Counted from the stretch's first letter, positions 9,182-18,780 are shown. The stretch is 64,000 nt of DNA from Nitrosomonadales bacterium (GCA_037137715.1 JBAXJT010000007.1:16621-80620), one strand, 5' to 3'. Numbers and translations are program-made. Notes: a model not told the origin generated them from the letters alone.

Positions 9182-9493
9182 ATGAGCCAGATTGAAAATC
9201 ACTGGGACGAGGTTGCCCGTATCGAAACAGCCTTGATGCGGAAGATGATTGCGCTGGGGTTAGACTGGCACGATGAAGTCGCCATGCGGCAACTGGCTGC
9301 TGAATGCAAAACGTTCGGTCCCGCACAGGTTGAGGCCGCCTATGCCTCGAATGATCAGAGCCGGATCACCAAGGCAGAGCTTTTCTCTTTGGCTTCAGTG
9401 ATGATACAGACGATGGAGAGTGCAACGGTTGAGCGCCGCGATGTGCACGGCGGCGAGGTATGGAAGGCGTTTGGCAGACACCTGTACGAATGA
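9182..9493 (+). CDS. Hypothetical protein
   Basis: Clean ATG ORF of 103 aa ending at a shared terminator. No domain recognised. Confidence 0.5.
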   Translation: MSQIENHWDEVARIETALMRKMIALGLDWHDEVAMRQLAAECKTFGPAQVEAAYASNDQSRITKAELFSLASVMIQTMESATVERRDVHGGEVWKAFGRHLYE

Positions 9494-9504
9494 GCGTATT
9501 CTAG

Positions 9505-9526
9505 GTGAGGGGCGCGAACCCCTCAC
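9505..9526. terminator. Bidirectional terminator between convergent genes
   Basis: GTGAGGGG-cgcgaa-CCCCTCAC perfect 8-bp stem. Confidence 0.7.
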
Positions 9527-9533
9527 TGTTCTG

Positions 9534-10727
9534 TTACGAGAGCGCTTTTTTGATACGTTTGAGCGCTTCGACGAGGTTGTCCATCGAGGTGGCAAAAGAC
9601 AGGCGGATATAGCCTTCGCTGCCGAAAGCTGAACCCGGCACGACCGCAACTCCGGCTTCCACCAGCAGGTATTCGGAGAGGGCGATGTCGGTTTGCGCGG
9701 TAATGATCCCTTTGTTGAACAGGTTGGCGATCGCAACCCTCGCATCGGGGAACGCATAAAATGCGCCGCCTGCCATCAGGCAGCTCAGTCCGGGGATCGT
9801 GTTCAGTTCGTTTACGACGAACACATGGCGTTCACGGAAGGCTTTGATCATCGGTGCGAGGCAGTTCTGGTCGCCGTTCAAGGCGGCTTCTGCCGCAACT
9901 TGCGAGATTGAAGTGGGGTTGGAGGTGCTTTGCGATTGCACGTTTTCCATCGCGGTGATGATGGCTTCAGCGCCCGCTGCATAGCCGATGCGCCAGCCGG
10001 TCATCGCGTACGCTTTTGAGACGCCGTTGAGCACCATGGTGCGGGCATACAAATCAGGACACGCATCGAGAATATTGACGAATTTTTCATCGGTCAGTGC
10101 GATGTGCTCGTACATATCGTCGGTGGCAATCATAATGTCCGGATGCTGTCTCAGCACTTCGCCCAGCGCCTTGAGATCTGCCAGCGTATACACCGCGCCT
10201 GACGGATTGCTCGGGCTGTTGATCACCAGCATGCGAGTTTTTGGCGTGATAGCCGCTTGAAGTTGTGCCGGCGTCAGTTTGAAACCCTGTGTGATGTCGG
10301 TATGAACGATGACGGGTTTGCCTTCGGCGATGATGATGATGTCAGGATACGATACCCAGTACGGTGCAGGAATGATCACTTCGTCGCCCGGATCAATTAC
10401 GGCGAGCGCCAGATTGAAGAAGCTTTGTTTGCCGCCGCAGGAAACCAGGATCTGTTTGGCCGTGTAATCGAGGTTGTTATCGCGTTTTAACTTAGCGATG
10501 ATGGCTTTTTTTAGCGACGGTGTGCCGCCCACAGCGGTATATTTGGTAAACCCTGCATTGATCGCGCCGATAGCGGCATCCTTGATGTGTTGCGGCGTGT
10601 CGAAATCAGGTTCGCCCGTTCCCAGTGCGATGATGTCACGGCCTTCCGCCTTTAATTTTGCGGCGCGGGCGGTAACGGCAAGAGTCGGGGAGGGTTTGAT
10701 GGCCTGAACGCGTTTCGAGAGGGACAC
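9534..10727 (-). CDS. Pyridoxal-phosphate-dependent aspartate/aromatic aminotransferase (class I)
   Basis: SKAYAMTGWRIGY (PLP lysine) and NPSNPSG motifs. GTG start at 10727 with AAGGAAA RBS gives the canonical SLSKRVQAIKPSPT N-terminus. The ORF-track ATG at 10823 adds an implausible extension. Confidence 0.9.
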   Translation of the reverse strand: MSLSKRVQAIKPSPTLAVTARAAKLKAEGRDIIALGTGEPDFDTPQHIKDAAIGAINAGFTKYTAVGGTPSLKKAIIAKLKRDNNLDYTAKQILVSCGGKQSFFNLALAVIDPGDEVIIPAPYWVSYPDIIIIAEGKPVIVHTDITQGFKLTPAQLQAAITPKTRMLVINSPSNPSGAVYTLADLKALGEVLRQHPDIMIATDDMYEHIALTDEKFVNILDACPDLYARTMVLNGVSKAYAMTGWRIGYAAGAEAIITAMENVQSQSTSNPTSISQVAAEAALNGDQNCLAPMIKAFRERHVFVVNELNTIPGLSCLMAGGAFYAFPDARVAIANLFNKGIITAQTDIALSEYLLVEAGVAVVPGSAFGSEGYIRLSFATSMDNLVEALKRIKKALS

Positions 10728-10799
10728 GGTATATTTCCTTGGAGTATGGGCAGTGGCAGGAATTATACACCTGAGAAGCGGGATACGGATTGCCGTACA

Positions 10800-11789
10800 A
10801 TGCCGGCCATGGATACTCAACACCCTTTTAGTTTACTCACCCCTGATGTCGTGCTCGATGCGCTGGACAGCGCGGGGCTCGCCGGTGACGGTCGCCTGTT
10901 AGCGCTCAACAGTTATGAGAACCGCGTCTATCAGGCGGGCAGGGAGGATGGGCTGCCGCTCATCGTCAAATTTTATCGCCCCGCCCGCTGGACAGATGAC
11001 GCGATACTCGAAGAGCATGAATTTGTCGCGACGCTCGCCGCGCGTGAAATCCCCGTGGTGCCGGCAAACATCATAGCGGGGCGCACCTTGCATGAGTTCA
11101 ACGGTTTTAGATTTTCGGTTTTCAATAAACACGGCGGGCGGGCACCGGAGCTCGATCGCCCGGATACGCTCGAATGGATGGGGCGTTTTCTCGGTCGCAT
11201 TCATGCGGTAGGCGCGCTGCAAACTTATGTTCATCGCCCGACGCTGGATATTCACAGTTTTGGTGTCGAACCTGTCGAGTATCTGATGGCGAACGAGTTT
11301 ATTTCGCCCGCGTTGCGCGAGGTGTATCGCGGGGTTGCTGCGCATGCGCTGGACGGGGTGAGGCGCTGTTTTGATCGCGCGGGAGATGTCAAGTCGCTCA
11401 GGCTGCACGGCGACTGTCATGTCGGCAATGTGTTGTGGACCGATGACGGGCCGCATTTCGTCGATTTTGACGACAGCCGCACGGGGCCTGCGATTCAGGA
11501 TTTGTGGATGCTGTTGTCAGGTGAACGCGCAGAGCAAACGCGGCAGTTGGGCGATCTACTGGCAGGCTATGAGGACTTTTATGATTTCAATCCGCGCGAG
11601 GTGCATTTGATCGAAGCGCTGCGTACCTTGCGGCTGATCCATTATGCCGCATGGATCGCGCGTCGCTGGGATGATGCGGCATTTCCCGCCGCGTTCCCGT
11701 GGTTCAATACCGAACGCTACTGGCAGGATCGCATTCTGGAATTGCGCGAACAAATTGCGCTGATGGACGAAGCGCCACTGCACTGCTGA
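10800..11789 (+). CDS. srkA: Stress response Ser/Thr kinase SrkA (YihE/RdoA)
   Basis: LNSYENRVY, KFYRP.RW and HGDCHVGNVLW motifs. ATG at 10800 or 10809. Confidence 0.85.
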   Translation: MPAMDTQHPFSLLTPDVVLDALDSAGLAGDGRLLALNSYENRVYQAGREDGLPLIVKFYRPARWTDDAILEEHEFVATLAAREIPVVPANIIAGRTLHEFNGFRFSVFNKHGGRAPELDRPDTLEWMGRFLGRIHAVGALQTYVHRPTLDIHSFGVEPVEYLMANEFISPALREVYRGVAAHALDGVRRCFDRAGDVKSLRLHGDCHVGNVLWTDDGPHFVDFDDSRTGPAIQDLWMLLSGERAEQTRQLGDLLAGYEDFYDFNPREVHLIEALRTLRLIHYAAWIARRWDDAAFPAAFPWFNTERYWQDRILELREQIALMDEAPLHC

Positions 11790-11804
11790 GTGAATCAAAA
11801 ACAT

Positions 11805-12027
11805 ACTCACGCGGAGGCGCGGAGAACGCGGAGAAAAGCTTAAATTAAAACTTTATTTTTTTATAATAAATACAACTGGTTGCTATATTTATAGCTGCCA
11901 GAATCGTGAGAGGTTGAATTTAAGTAAGGTTTTGTTTTTCTCCGCGTTCTCCGCGCCTGATGAAGCAACTAGCCATTCGATTAAGCGGTAAGCAACAACC
12001 GCAAAATCGCTGGTTATCCGCGTGAGT
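11805..12027. repeat. Long imperfect inverted-repeat (MITE/REP-like) intergenic element
   Basis: Left arm ACTCACGCG (11805-11813) plus GGCGCGGAGAACGCGGAGAAAA (11816-11837). Right arm is the exact complement TTTTCTCCGCGTTCTCCGCGCC (11936-11957) plus CGCGTGAGT (12019-12027). About 98 bp of AT-rich centre. The left arm is itself CGCGGAG x3. Confidence 0.65.
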
Positions 12028-12073
12028 CGCCTTTTACGTATTTATAAGTATTATATTGATTAGAAAGATAAAA

Positions 12074-12616
12074 ATGACGAACGACACCATCATCGCAGCG
12101 ACTCAGGACTGGCTGGAAAAGGCCGTCATCGGTTTGAATCTTTGCCCGTTTGCCAAGGCCGTGCACGTCAAAAAGCAGATACGCTATGTGGTAAGCAGCG
12201 CCACGACCGAGGATGCCCTGTTCGAAGAGTTGGTCGCTGAGTTACGCCGGCTTCAGGCAACGGATGCCGAAGAGATCGACACCACCTTGCTGATCCACCC
12301 GTATGTGTTGAGCGACTTTCTCGACTATAACGATTTTCTGGACGCGGTCGACATTGCCACCGCAGAACCTGAATTTAACGATGCGTTTCAGGTCGCCAGT
12401 TTGCATCCGCAATACCAGTTTTCGGGCACCGAGCTTGATGACATCGAAAATTACAGCAATCGCGCGCCTTATCCGACCTTGCATCTGCTGCGCGAAGCCA
12501 GCGTAGACCGCGCCGTGGATGCCTTTCCGGATGCCGACCGTATTCCGGATGCCAACATCGAGATGCTCAAAAAGCTGGGGCATGAAGGCTGGGATAAGCT
12601 GGGATTGATTAAGTAG
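12074..12616 (+). CDS. DUF1415 family protein
   Basis: ..WLEKAVIGLNLCPFAK.. and HPQYQF motifs typical of DUF1415. ATG at 12074. Confidence 0.8.
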   Translation: MTNDTIIAATQDWLEKAVIGLNLCPFAKAVHVKKQIRYVVSSATTEDALFEELVAELRRLQATDAEEIDTTLLIHPYVLSDFLDYNDFLDAVDIATAEPEFNDAFQVASLHPQYQFSGTELDDIENYSNRAPYPTLHLLREASVDRAVDAFPDADRIPDANIEMLKKLGHEGWDKLGLIK

Positions 12617-12633
12617 ATCTTAGTCAGTCGGTA

Positions 12634-13506
12634 TTACGCCTTGTTAGCGGCGATCTGCTGAAACAATTCCAGTCGGCGGGCATTGATGTCGCCTTTCGCA
12701 ACCGCTTCTAGCAGCGCGCAGCCGGGTTCATGCAGATGATGGCAGTCGCGGAAGCGGCACTGGCCTAAGTACTTGTCGAACTCGATGAAACCCTGTTCGA
12801 TTTCGCCTAAACTCAAATGGTGCAAGCCGAAAGCCTGTACGCCGGGGCAGTCGATCAGGCTGCTCTCTTCATCCAGTTTGTAGAGCTTGGCGTGGGTCGT
12901 TGTGTGTTTTCCTGAATCGAGCACGGTGGAAATTTCGCGGGTGGCCGCTTGTGCATCGGGCAGCAGCGCATTGATCAGCGTCGATTTTCCCATGCCGGAC
13001 TGGCCGACCAGCACGCTGGTGTGGCCAGTCAGCAAGGGGCGCAGCGTCGTTACATCCTGCAGGGCTGAGAGTTCCAGCACGTGGTAGCCGATGGCGCGAT
13101 AGGGCGCGAGTTGCAATCGAGCTGCCGCAGCGGGCGCCGGCAGGTCGCATTTGTTCAGCACGATCAGCACAGAGAGATTCTGGTCGAATGCCGCGATCAG
13201 GCAGCGGGTGACGACTTCATCGCTGAACGAGGGTTCGGCGGCCACCACGATGATGATCTGGCTGACGTTGGCGGCGATGAGTTTCGAGCGGAACGCGTCC
13301 GAGCGATGCAGCAAAGAGCTGCGCGGTGCGGTGCGTTCGATCACGCCCTGATTGTCGCCGCTGCGCTTAATGTCGACCTTGTCGCCGCAGACTACATCGC
13401 TTTTCTTGCCGCGCGTTAAACAGGGCAACAGACTGCCATCGGCTAATCTCACCAGATACTGGCGGCCGAAGGCGGCGACGATGCGCCCGCTAAGGAGGTC
13501 ATCCAT
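12634..13506 (-). CDS. rsgA: Ribosome small subunit-dependent GTPase A
   Basis: Circularly permuted GTPase with GQSGMGKSTLINAL and the CRFRDCHHLHEPGCAL zinc knuckle. Confidence 0.92.
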   Translation of the reverse strand: MDDLLSGRIVAAFGRQYLVRLADGSLLPCLTRGKKSDVVCGDKVDIKRSGDNQGVIERTAPRSSLLHRSDAFRSKLIAANVSQIIIVVAAEPSFSDEVVTRCLIAAFDQNLSVLIVLNKCDLPAPAAAARLQLAPYRAIGYHVLELSALQDVTTLRPLLTGHTSVLVGQSGMGKSTLINALLPDAQAATREISTVLDSGKHTTTHAKLYKLDEESSLIDCPGVQAFGLHHLSLGEIEQGFIEFDKYLGQCRFRDCHHLHEPGCALLEAVAKGDINARRLELFQQIAANKA

Positions 13507-13812
13507 TTATTTTAGGTTGTAGTAGCGGTTGAGGTAGGCGCCTAAATGCTGCTCCTCCTGCGCGCTGAGATTGGCACCCACATTACCGCTGCACTGTTTG
13601 ATCTGTGCGATCAACTGAGCAGGGTTATGTACCTTGCGGTTGGCGCGGGTGAACATCGCGTTGCCGTCGCCCCCCAACATATCTTTATGGCAACTGTTGC
13701 ACTGGTATTTGTCGAACAAGGCCTTGCCGGCAGACGCTTGCCCGTCCGGGAAAGGGGCGGCCTGCAGACTTGTAGTACCCAGCAGTAAGAGCAGTGCGGT
13801 GATCAGTTTCAT
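13507..13812 (-). CDS. Small periplasmic class I cytochrome c
   Basis: Signal peptide, a single CNSCH heme motif, and a distal Met region. Its stop abuts the rsgA start. Confidence 0.8.
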   Translation of the reverse strand: MKLITALLLLLGTTSLQAAPFPDGQASAGKALFDKYQCNSCHKDMLGGDGNAMFTRANRKVHNPAQLIAQIKQCSGNVGANLSAQEEQHLGAYLNRYYNLK

Positions 13813-13822
13813 GATGTCTCTT

Positions 13823-15085
13823 TCAGAGTGATTGCAAGTGCCTGATGCGGATTGCCGCAGGCGGGTGCGAGTCGTAGAATTTTGAATACAAGGGATCAGG
13901 GGTCAGGGTCGCGGCATTGTCCTGATACAGCTTGACCAGGGCGCTGACCAGATCGGCGGCATGGGTTTGTTTGGCCGCATAGGCGTCGGCTTCAAACTCG
14001 TGTTTGCGCGAATAGGCCGACATGACCGGGCTGATGAAAAAGCCGAATACCGGCATCACCATAAAAAACAGCAGCAGGGCCAGCGCGGTATGCGCCTGTC
14101 CCGAGCCCATGACAGGGTCAACGCCCAGTCCCTGATAAAACCAGGGCGCGTTCATCAGCAGACTCAGCAGCCATAAAAAACCCAGACTCATCAGGAAGGT
14201 CGAAACGATGCGCTTGACGACATGTCGGTGTTTAAAATGTCCCAATTCGTGTGCCAGCACCGCTTCCACTTCATTTATGCTCAAACGCTCGAGCAGGGTG
14301 TCGAAAAACACGATGCGCTTGGTTTTGCCGAAACCGGTAAAGTAGGCGTTGCCGTGTGCGCTGCGACGGCTGCCGTCCATGACAAACAGGCCGCTGCTGG
14401 TAAAGCCGCAACGGGATAACAAGGCCTCGATGCGCGTTTTCATCGCCTCATCCTGCAACGGGCTGAATTTATTGAACAGCGGGGCGATGAAAGTTGGATA
14501 GAGGAACAGGATCAGCAGATTAAAGCCTACCCAGACGCTCCAGACATACAGCCACCAGTTAGCGCCCATGCGCTCCATCAGCCACAACACGCCGAACAAC
14601 AGCGGCAGTCCTAAAATTGCGCCGATCAGCAGGCCCTTTGCGGTGTCGAGCAGATACAGCCTGAACGTCATCTTGTTGAAGCCGAAACGCGCTTCAATGC
14701 GGAAAGTGCGATACAGATTAAAGGGCATTTCAAGCAAGGACGAGAGCAGCAGGACAGCGACGATGATCGCCATGCCTTGCGCAATCGGCTGGCTGAAAGC
14801 GGCCTGACAGCGGGTGGCAATCCACTGGATGCCGCCGCCTGCGGTGAAGGCGAGCAGCAGCAGGGCGTCGAACTGGATTCCCAGCGTCGAGAAACGGGTC
14901 TTGGCAGTCGTGTAGTCGGCGGCCTTCTGGTGATCGCTCAGCTGAATTTGTCCGCTAAAGGCATCCGGTACCGTGTCCCTGTGTGCGGCGATATGGGCCA
15001 GATGACGGCGCGCCAGCCAAAGTTTTAGCAGGGTCGACAGGGCGAGAATTTCGATAAAAAGGTAGCTGAATTGTGTGGCTGACAT
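13823..15085 (-). CDS. M48 family (Ste24-like) integral-membrane zinc metallopeptidase
   Basis: HELGHFKH (HExxH) plus downstream E. Multi-TM N-terminal domain. ATG at 15085. Confidence 0.85.
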   Translation of the reverse strand: MSATQFSYLFIEILALSTLLKLWLARRHLAHIAAHRDTVPDAFSGQIQLSDHQKAADYTTAKTRFSTLGIQFDALLLLAFTAGGGIQWIATRCQAAFSQPIAQGMAIIVAVLLLSSLLEMPFNLYRTFRIEARFGFNKMTFRLYLLDTAKGLLIGAILGLPLLFGVLWLMERMGANWWLYVWSVWVGFNLLILFLYPTFIAPLFNKFSPLQDEAMKTRIEALLSRCGFTSSGLFVMDGSRRSAHGNAYFTGFGKTKRIVFFDTLLERLSINEVEAVLAHELGHFKHRHVVKRIVSTFLMSLGFLWLLSLLMNAPWFYQGLGVDPVMGSGQAHTALALLLFFMVMPVFGFFISPVMSAYSRKHEFEADAYAAKQTHAADLVSALVKLYQDNAATLTPDPLYSKFYDSHPPAAIRIRHLQSL

Positions 15086-15167
15086 AAAGGTTATACGTTT
15101 TGGTAGTATGGGTAATCGCGGTTGTGACACAATACGCGTCCGACCGTTCTATACAAGCGCACGAATT

Positions 15168-15713
15168 ATGGCACAAAATCAAAACTACCTTGTCTGGATA
15201 GACATGGAAATGACCGGCTTAAGCCCGGATACCGATCGCATTATCGAAGTCGCGATCGTTGTGACTGACAATAATCTGGAAACCATTGCCGAAGCGCCGG
15301 TGCTGGTCGTGCATCAGCCCGACAGCATCATGGACGGCATGGATGCATGGAATAAATCTACGCACGGCAAATCAGGCCTGATCGAAAGGGTCAAAGCATC
15401 GACCCTGGATGAAGCGGCCGTGTCTGCGCAAATGGTGGCGTTTCTCAAGGAATATGTGCCGATTCGCACCTCCCCGATGTGCGGTAACTCGATCTGCCAG
15501 GACAGGCGTTTCATGGCGCGCTGGATGCCCGAATTCGAGGATTACTTCCATTATCGTAATCTGGACGTCAGCACGCTCAAGGAATTGGCCCGTCGCTGGA
15601 AGCCCGATATGGCGAAAGGCGTTAAAAAACACGGCAAGCACGAAGCGTTGGCTGACATCTACGAGTCGATCGAAGAACTCAAACACTATCGCGAGCATTT
15701 CATCAAGCTGTAA
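15168..15713 (+). CDS. orn: Oligoribonuclease
   Basis: [12 protein letters not shown] (DEDDh exo motif I) and H..L.DI..S motif. Classical divergent arrangement with the rsgA side. Confidence 0.93.
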   Translation: MAQNQNYLVWIDMEMTGLSPDTDRIIEVAIVVTDNNLETIAEAPVLVVHQPDSIMDGMDAWNKSTHGKSGLIERVKASTLDEAAVSAQMVAFLKEYVPIRTSPMCGNSICQDRRFMARWMPEFEDYFHYRNLDVSTLKELARRWKPDMAKGVKKHGKHEALADIYESIEELKHYREHFIKL

Positions 15714-15742
15714 TCACATCACCAGTTTTTTGAGGTTTATAG

Positions 15743-17440
15743 ATGGATTTAAAACTGAGCTGGCGGGAATTGGGTGTGCAGAAAAAACTGCACATCCTGA
15801 TACAAGGATCGCTGATTATCTTGTTCGTCATTTCGATGAACTGGGTGATTGATCGTTTCGAGATGCAGATCATCAGTCATGCCGAGCAGCGCGCGGATGA
15901 AACGGCCGACGGTTTGATCAACGGCATGAATATGCTGATGCTGACCGGTACGATATCGAACCCGCTCAATCGCCAGTTACTGTTGGAAAAAACCCGTCTG
16001 TCTGAGGGGGTGCGCGAGTTGCGCATCGTACGGGGGGATTCGGTCGTCGCCCAGTTCGGGCCGGGCTTGCCGGAAGAGCAGGCACAGGACGAGATGGATC
16101 GCACAGCCCTCAGGACTGGAAAAACGGCATTCCAGCGCATAGACGAACCCGGCAAGCCGCCGATGCTGCGGGTGGTCGTGCCTTTTATCGCACAAACAAA
16201 TTTTCGCGGAACCAACTGTTTGTCCTGTCACGCTGCGGCGGAAGGTAGCGTCAATGGACTGGCCAGCGTCAACATCGATTTGAGTCAGGATATGGCCAAT
16301 CTGGCCGAAATTAAGCGCAATCTGTGGGTCGGTCATGTGCTGATTCAGTTGCTTCTTTCATGGCTGATCTGGCTGTTTGTGCGCAATCTTATTGAGCGGA
16401 ATATCGCGCATCCGGTTCAAAAATTGAAGCTGACCATGGCGCAGATACAGCGTAATAACGATCTGTCCCAGCGGGCGGATGTCGATGAGCGTAATCCGGA
16501 TATTGGTGATATGGCCCGGTCGTTTAATTCCTTGCTGGCTACGCTTGAACAGACCAACGAGCGGCTGGAGTTGTTCTCCAAGATGTTCGAAAACAGCAGC
16601 GAAGCCATCATCATCACCGATGCGGATAAGCGCATTATGACGGTCAATCCGGCGTTCGAACTGATTACCCAGTACCGCATTGATGAGATCATCGGGTGCG
16701 ATCCTAAAATTTTGAGTTCGGGTAAGCACACGGCCGAATTTTATCAGACGATGTGGTCGACGATCGCGAGTGCCGGCAAATGGTCAGGTGAAATCTGGAA
16801 TCGCCGCAAAAACGGCGAAGTGTATCCGCAGTGGCTGTCTATCGGTGCGATTAAGAATTTCAGGGGCAAGGTGATTAACTATATTTCACTGTTTTCGGAT
16901 ATCACGCAGCGCAAAGAAGCCGAACTCAAAATTGCGATGCTCGCGCACTACGATGTGCTGACCAAGCTACCTAATCGCGCCTTGTTCGCCGACCGACTCC
17001 AGCATGCATTGCAAGTCGCGGATCGCAGTCATCGTAAGGTCGGCTTGATGTTTCTCGACCTGGATAAGTTTAAGGCGATCAACGACACGCTGGGGCATTT
17101 GGCGGGCGATCAACTGTTGCAATCGGTTGCGGAGCGGCTTGCCCGTTGCGTGCGTCAGTCAGACACGGTGTGCCGGCAGGGCGGTGATGAATTTATGATC
17201 CTGCTGGAGGAGATCAATTCGCCTCTGGATATTGAAGGGGTCGCTCAGAAAATTGCGCTCGAAATGTCAGTGCCACACCCGTTGGGCGAAGAAGCGCGTA
17301 TCGTCAGCTTCAGTATCGGTGCGGCTATTTATCCTGATCATGCGATCGACAGCGAAAAATTATCGCAGTGTGCCGATCAGGCTATGTATCAGGCTAAAGA
17401 AGCGGGCCGAAACAATTTTAAACTGTACGGCGCCGGGTAA
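15743..17440 (+). CDS. Membrane diguanylate cyclase: CxxCH periplasmic sensor, HAMP, PAS, GGDEF
   Basis: Two TM segments flank a periplasmic domain with CLSCH (16217-16231). The PAS region has ..SGKH..FY..MW..GEIWNRRKNGE. The GGDEF domain has an RQGGDEF active site. Confidence 0.9.
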   Translation: MDLKLSWRELGVQKKLHILIQGSLIILFVISMNWVIDRFEMQIISHAEQRADETADGLINGMNMLMLTGTISNPLNRQLLLEKTRLSEGVRELRIVRGDSVVAQFGPGLPEEQAQDEMDRTALRTGKTAFQRIDEPGKPPMLRVVVPFIAQTNFRGTNCLSCHAAAEGSVNGLASVNIDLSQDMANLAEIKRNLWVGHVLIQLLLSWLIWLFVRNLIERNIAHPVQKLKLTMAQIQRNNDLSQRADVDERNPDIGDMARSFNSLLATLEQTNERLELFSKMFENSSEAIIITDADKRIMTVNPAFELITQYRIDEIIGCDPKILSSGKHTAEFYQTMWSTIASAGKWSGEIWNRRKNGEVYPQWLSIGAIKNFRGKVINYISLFSDITQRKEAELKIAMLAHYDVLTKLPNRALFADRLQHALQVADRSHRKVGLMFLDLDKFKAINDTLGHLAGDQLLQSVAERLARCVRQSDTVCRQGGDEFMILLEEINSPLDIEGVAQKIALEMSVPHPLGEEARIVSFSIGAAIYPDHAIDSEKLSQCADQAMYQAKEAGRNNFKLYGAG

Positions 17441-17498
17441 TCTTCCCGGGGTTTATACGTGCGCCGTGACACCGGTTTGTTAACACGAGGAGATCATC

Positions 17499-17939
17499 AT
17501 GTACAAACGTATTCTGGTTCCGATCGATGGTAGCAGTACTTCCGACCGTGCGTTGCAGGAGGCGATCAAGTTGATCGATGCGCAACCGGCTCTGTTACGG
17601 CTGGTGCATGTGGTGGATGATTTGCAGTTTCTCGATACAGAAGGCTATGTCGATTATGCGGAGCTGCGCGAGCTGACCCGTAAAATTGGCGAACGCGCAC
17701 TGCAAAAAGCCCGTGAAATCGCGCAACAGGCCGACATTACGGTCGAGACCTCGCTGCTGGACGCGAACGGCGAGCGCATTGCGCGGGTGCTTGATGCGGA
17801 GGCCAATAGTTGGTCAGCTGATCTGATCGTGATTGGCACGCACGGACGTTCCGGTTTCAATCATCTGCTGTTTGGCAGTGTGGTCGAAGGCGTCGTGCGC
17901 GGCGCCTCCGTTCCTGTCTTGCTGGTGCGCAGCGAATAG
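17499..17939 (+). CDS. Universal stress protein (UspA family)
   Basis: MYKRILVPIDGS.. and the C-terminal G.HGRSG....GSV ATP-binding motif. AGGAGA RBS. Confidence 0.85.
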   Translation: MYKRILVPIDGSSTSDRALQEAIKLIDAQPALLRLVHVVDDLQFLDTEGYVDYAELRELTRKIGERALQKAREIAQQADITVETSLLDANGERIARVLDAEANSWSADLIVIGTHGRSGFNHLLFGSVVEGVVRGASVPVLLVRSE

Positions 17940-18036
17940 TGTTGGCGTGCGTTAAAAGTGAACGAATTGCGCGCCAAAAGTGGCGTCTGGATTTTGTAGG
18001 AGGATTCGTGCACAATCCGGTATCCAATCGCACGTG

Positions 18037-18780
18037 ATGATCAAAGATCGCATGAGCCTGAACTCTGAACAGCAAAAATCTGAGCAATTGCGCAGAGCCG
18101 CCGAGGCTAAGCTGTTGGGCGCACCGGCGCGTAATGTTCCGGACCGTTCTGCAGATGCGTTGCTGCATGAATTACAGGTTCATCAGATTGAGCTTGAAAT
18201 GCAGAATGAAAGTTTGCGTGAGGCTCATGAGGCAGTGCAAATATCCCGTGACCGCTATTTGTATCTTTATGATCTGGCGCCAGTCGGCTATCTCACCCTA
18301 AGTCGCGATGGATTGATTGAAGAAGTCAATTTAACGGCGTCTAGTCTGCTTGGTGTTGAACGCAACTTACTGATTAATAATAATTTTAATAAATTTAATA
18401 AATTTATCGTGCCCGCTGAGCAGGATCGCTGGTATTTTTTTCTGCGTGAAGTGCAGCACAACAGTCATTTGACGCTTGAACTTAAGTTAAAGCGTGGTGA
18501 GGGTAATGATTTCTACGCTCAAGTGAATTGTTTGAGTGCAAACGATCTTGATGCGAGCCTGCTGATCACGCTGATCGATATCAGCGAACGTAAGCGGATT
18601 GAGGCGACCCTCGCTTACACGAACCAGCGTGTCATTGATGGCAGCTCATCGTTGATTTATGCGCTGGATACGGTTGGCAATTTCACTTTGGTGAATAAAG
18701 CTCTCTCTACGCTGTTGGGTTCTGAAAGGTCGAAATTATTAGGGCATGATAGACGTGCCTGCATGCATGCCAGCCAGTGA
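18037..18780 (+). CDS. PAS-domain ORF, probably the N-terminal part of a frameshifted PAS-GGDEF-EAL gene
   Basis: LLHELQVHQIELEMQNESLR coiled-coil leader followed by PAS folds. The ORF ends inside a PAS domain. Start uncertain (18037 or 18052). Confidence 0.6.
   Translation: MIKDRMSLNSEQQKSEQLRRAAEAKLLGAPARNVPDRSADALLHELQVHQIELEMQNESLREAHEAVQISRDRYLYLYDLAPVGYLTLSRDGLIEEVNLTASSLLGVERNLLINNNFNKFNKFIVPAEQDRWYFFLREVQHNSHLTLELKLKRGEGNDFYAQVNCLSANDLDASLLITLIDISERKRIEATLAYTNQRVIDGSSSLIYALDTVGNFTLVNKALSTLLGSERSKLLGHDRRACMHASQ

Noticed and set aside
10899-11456. 185-aa minus-strand ORF
   Set aside because: Antisense to srkA.
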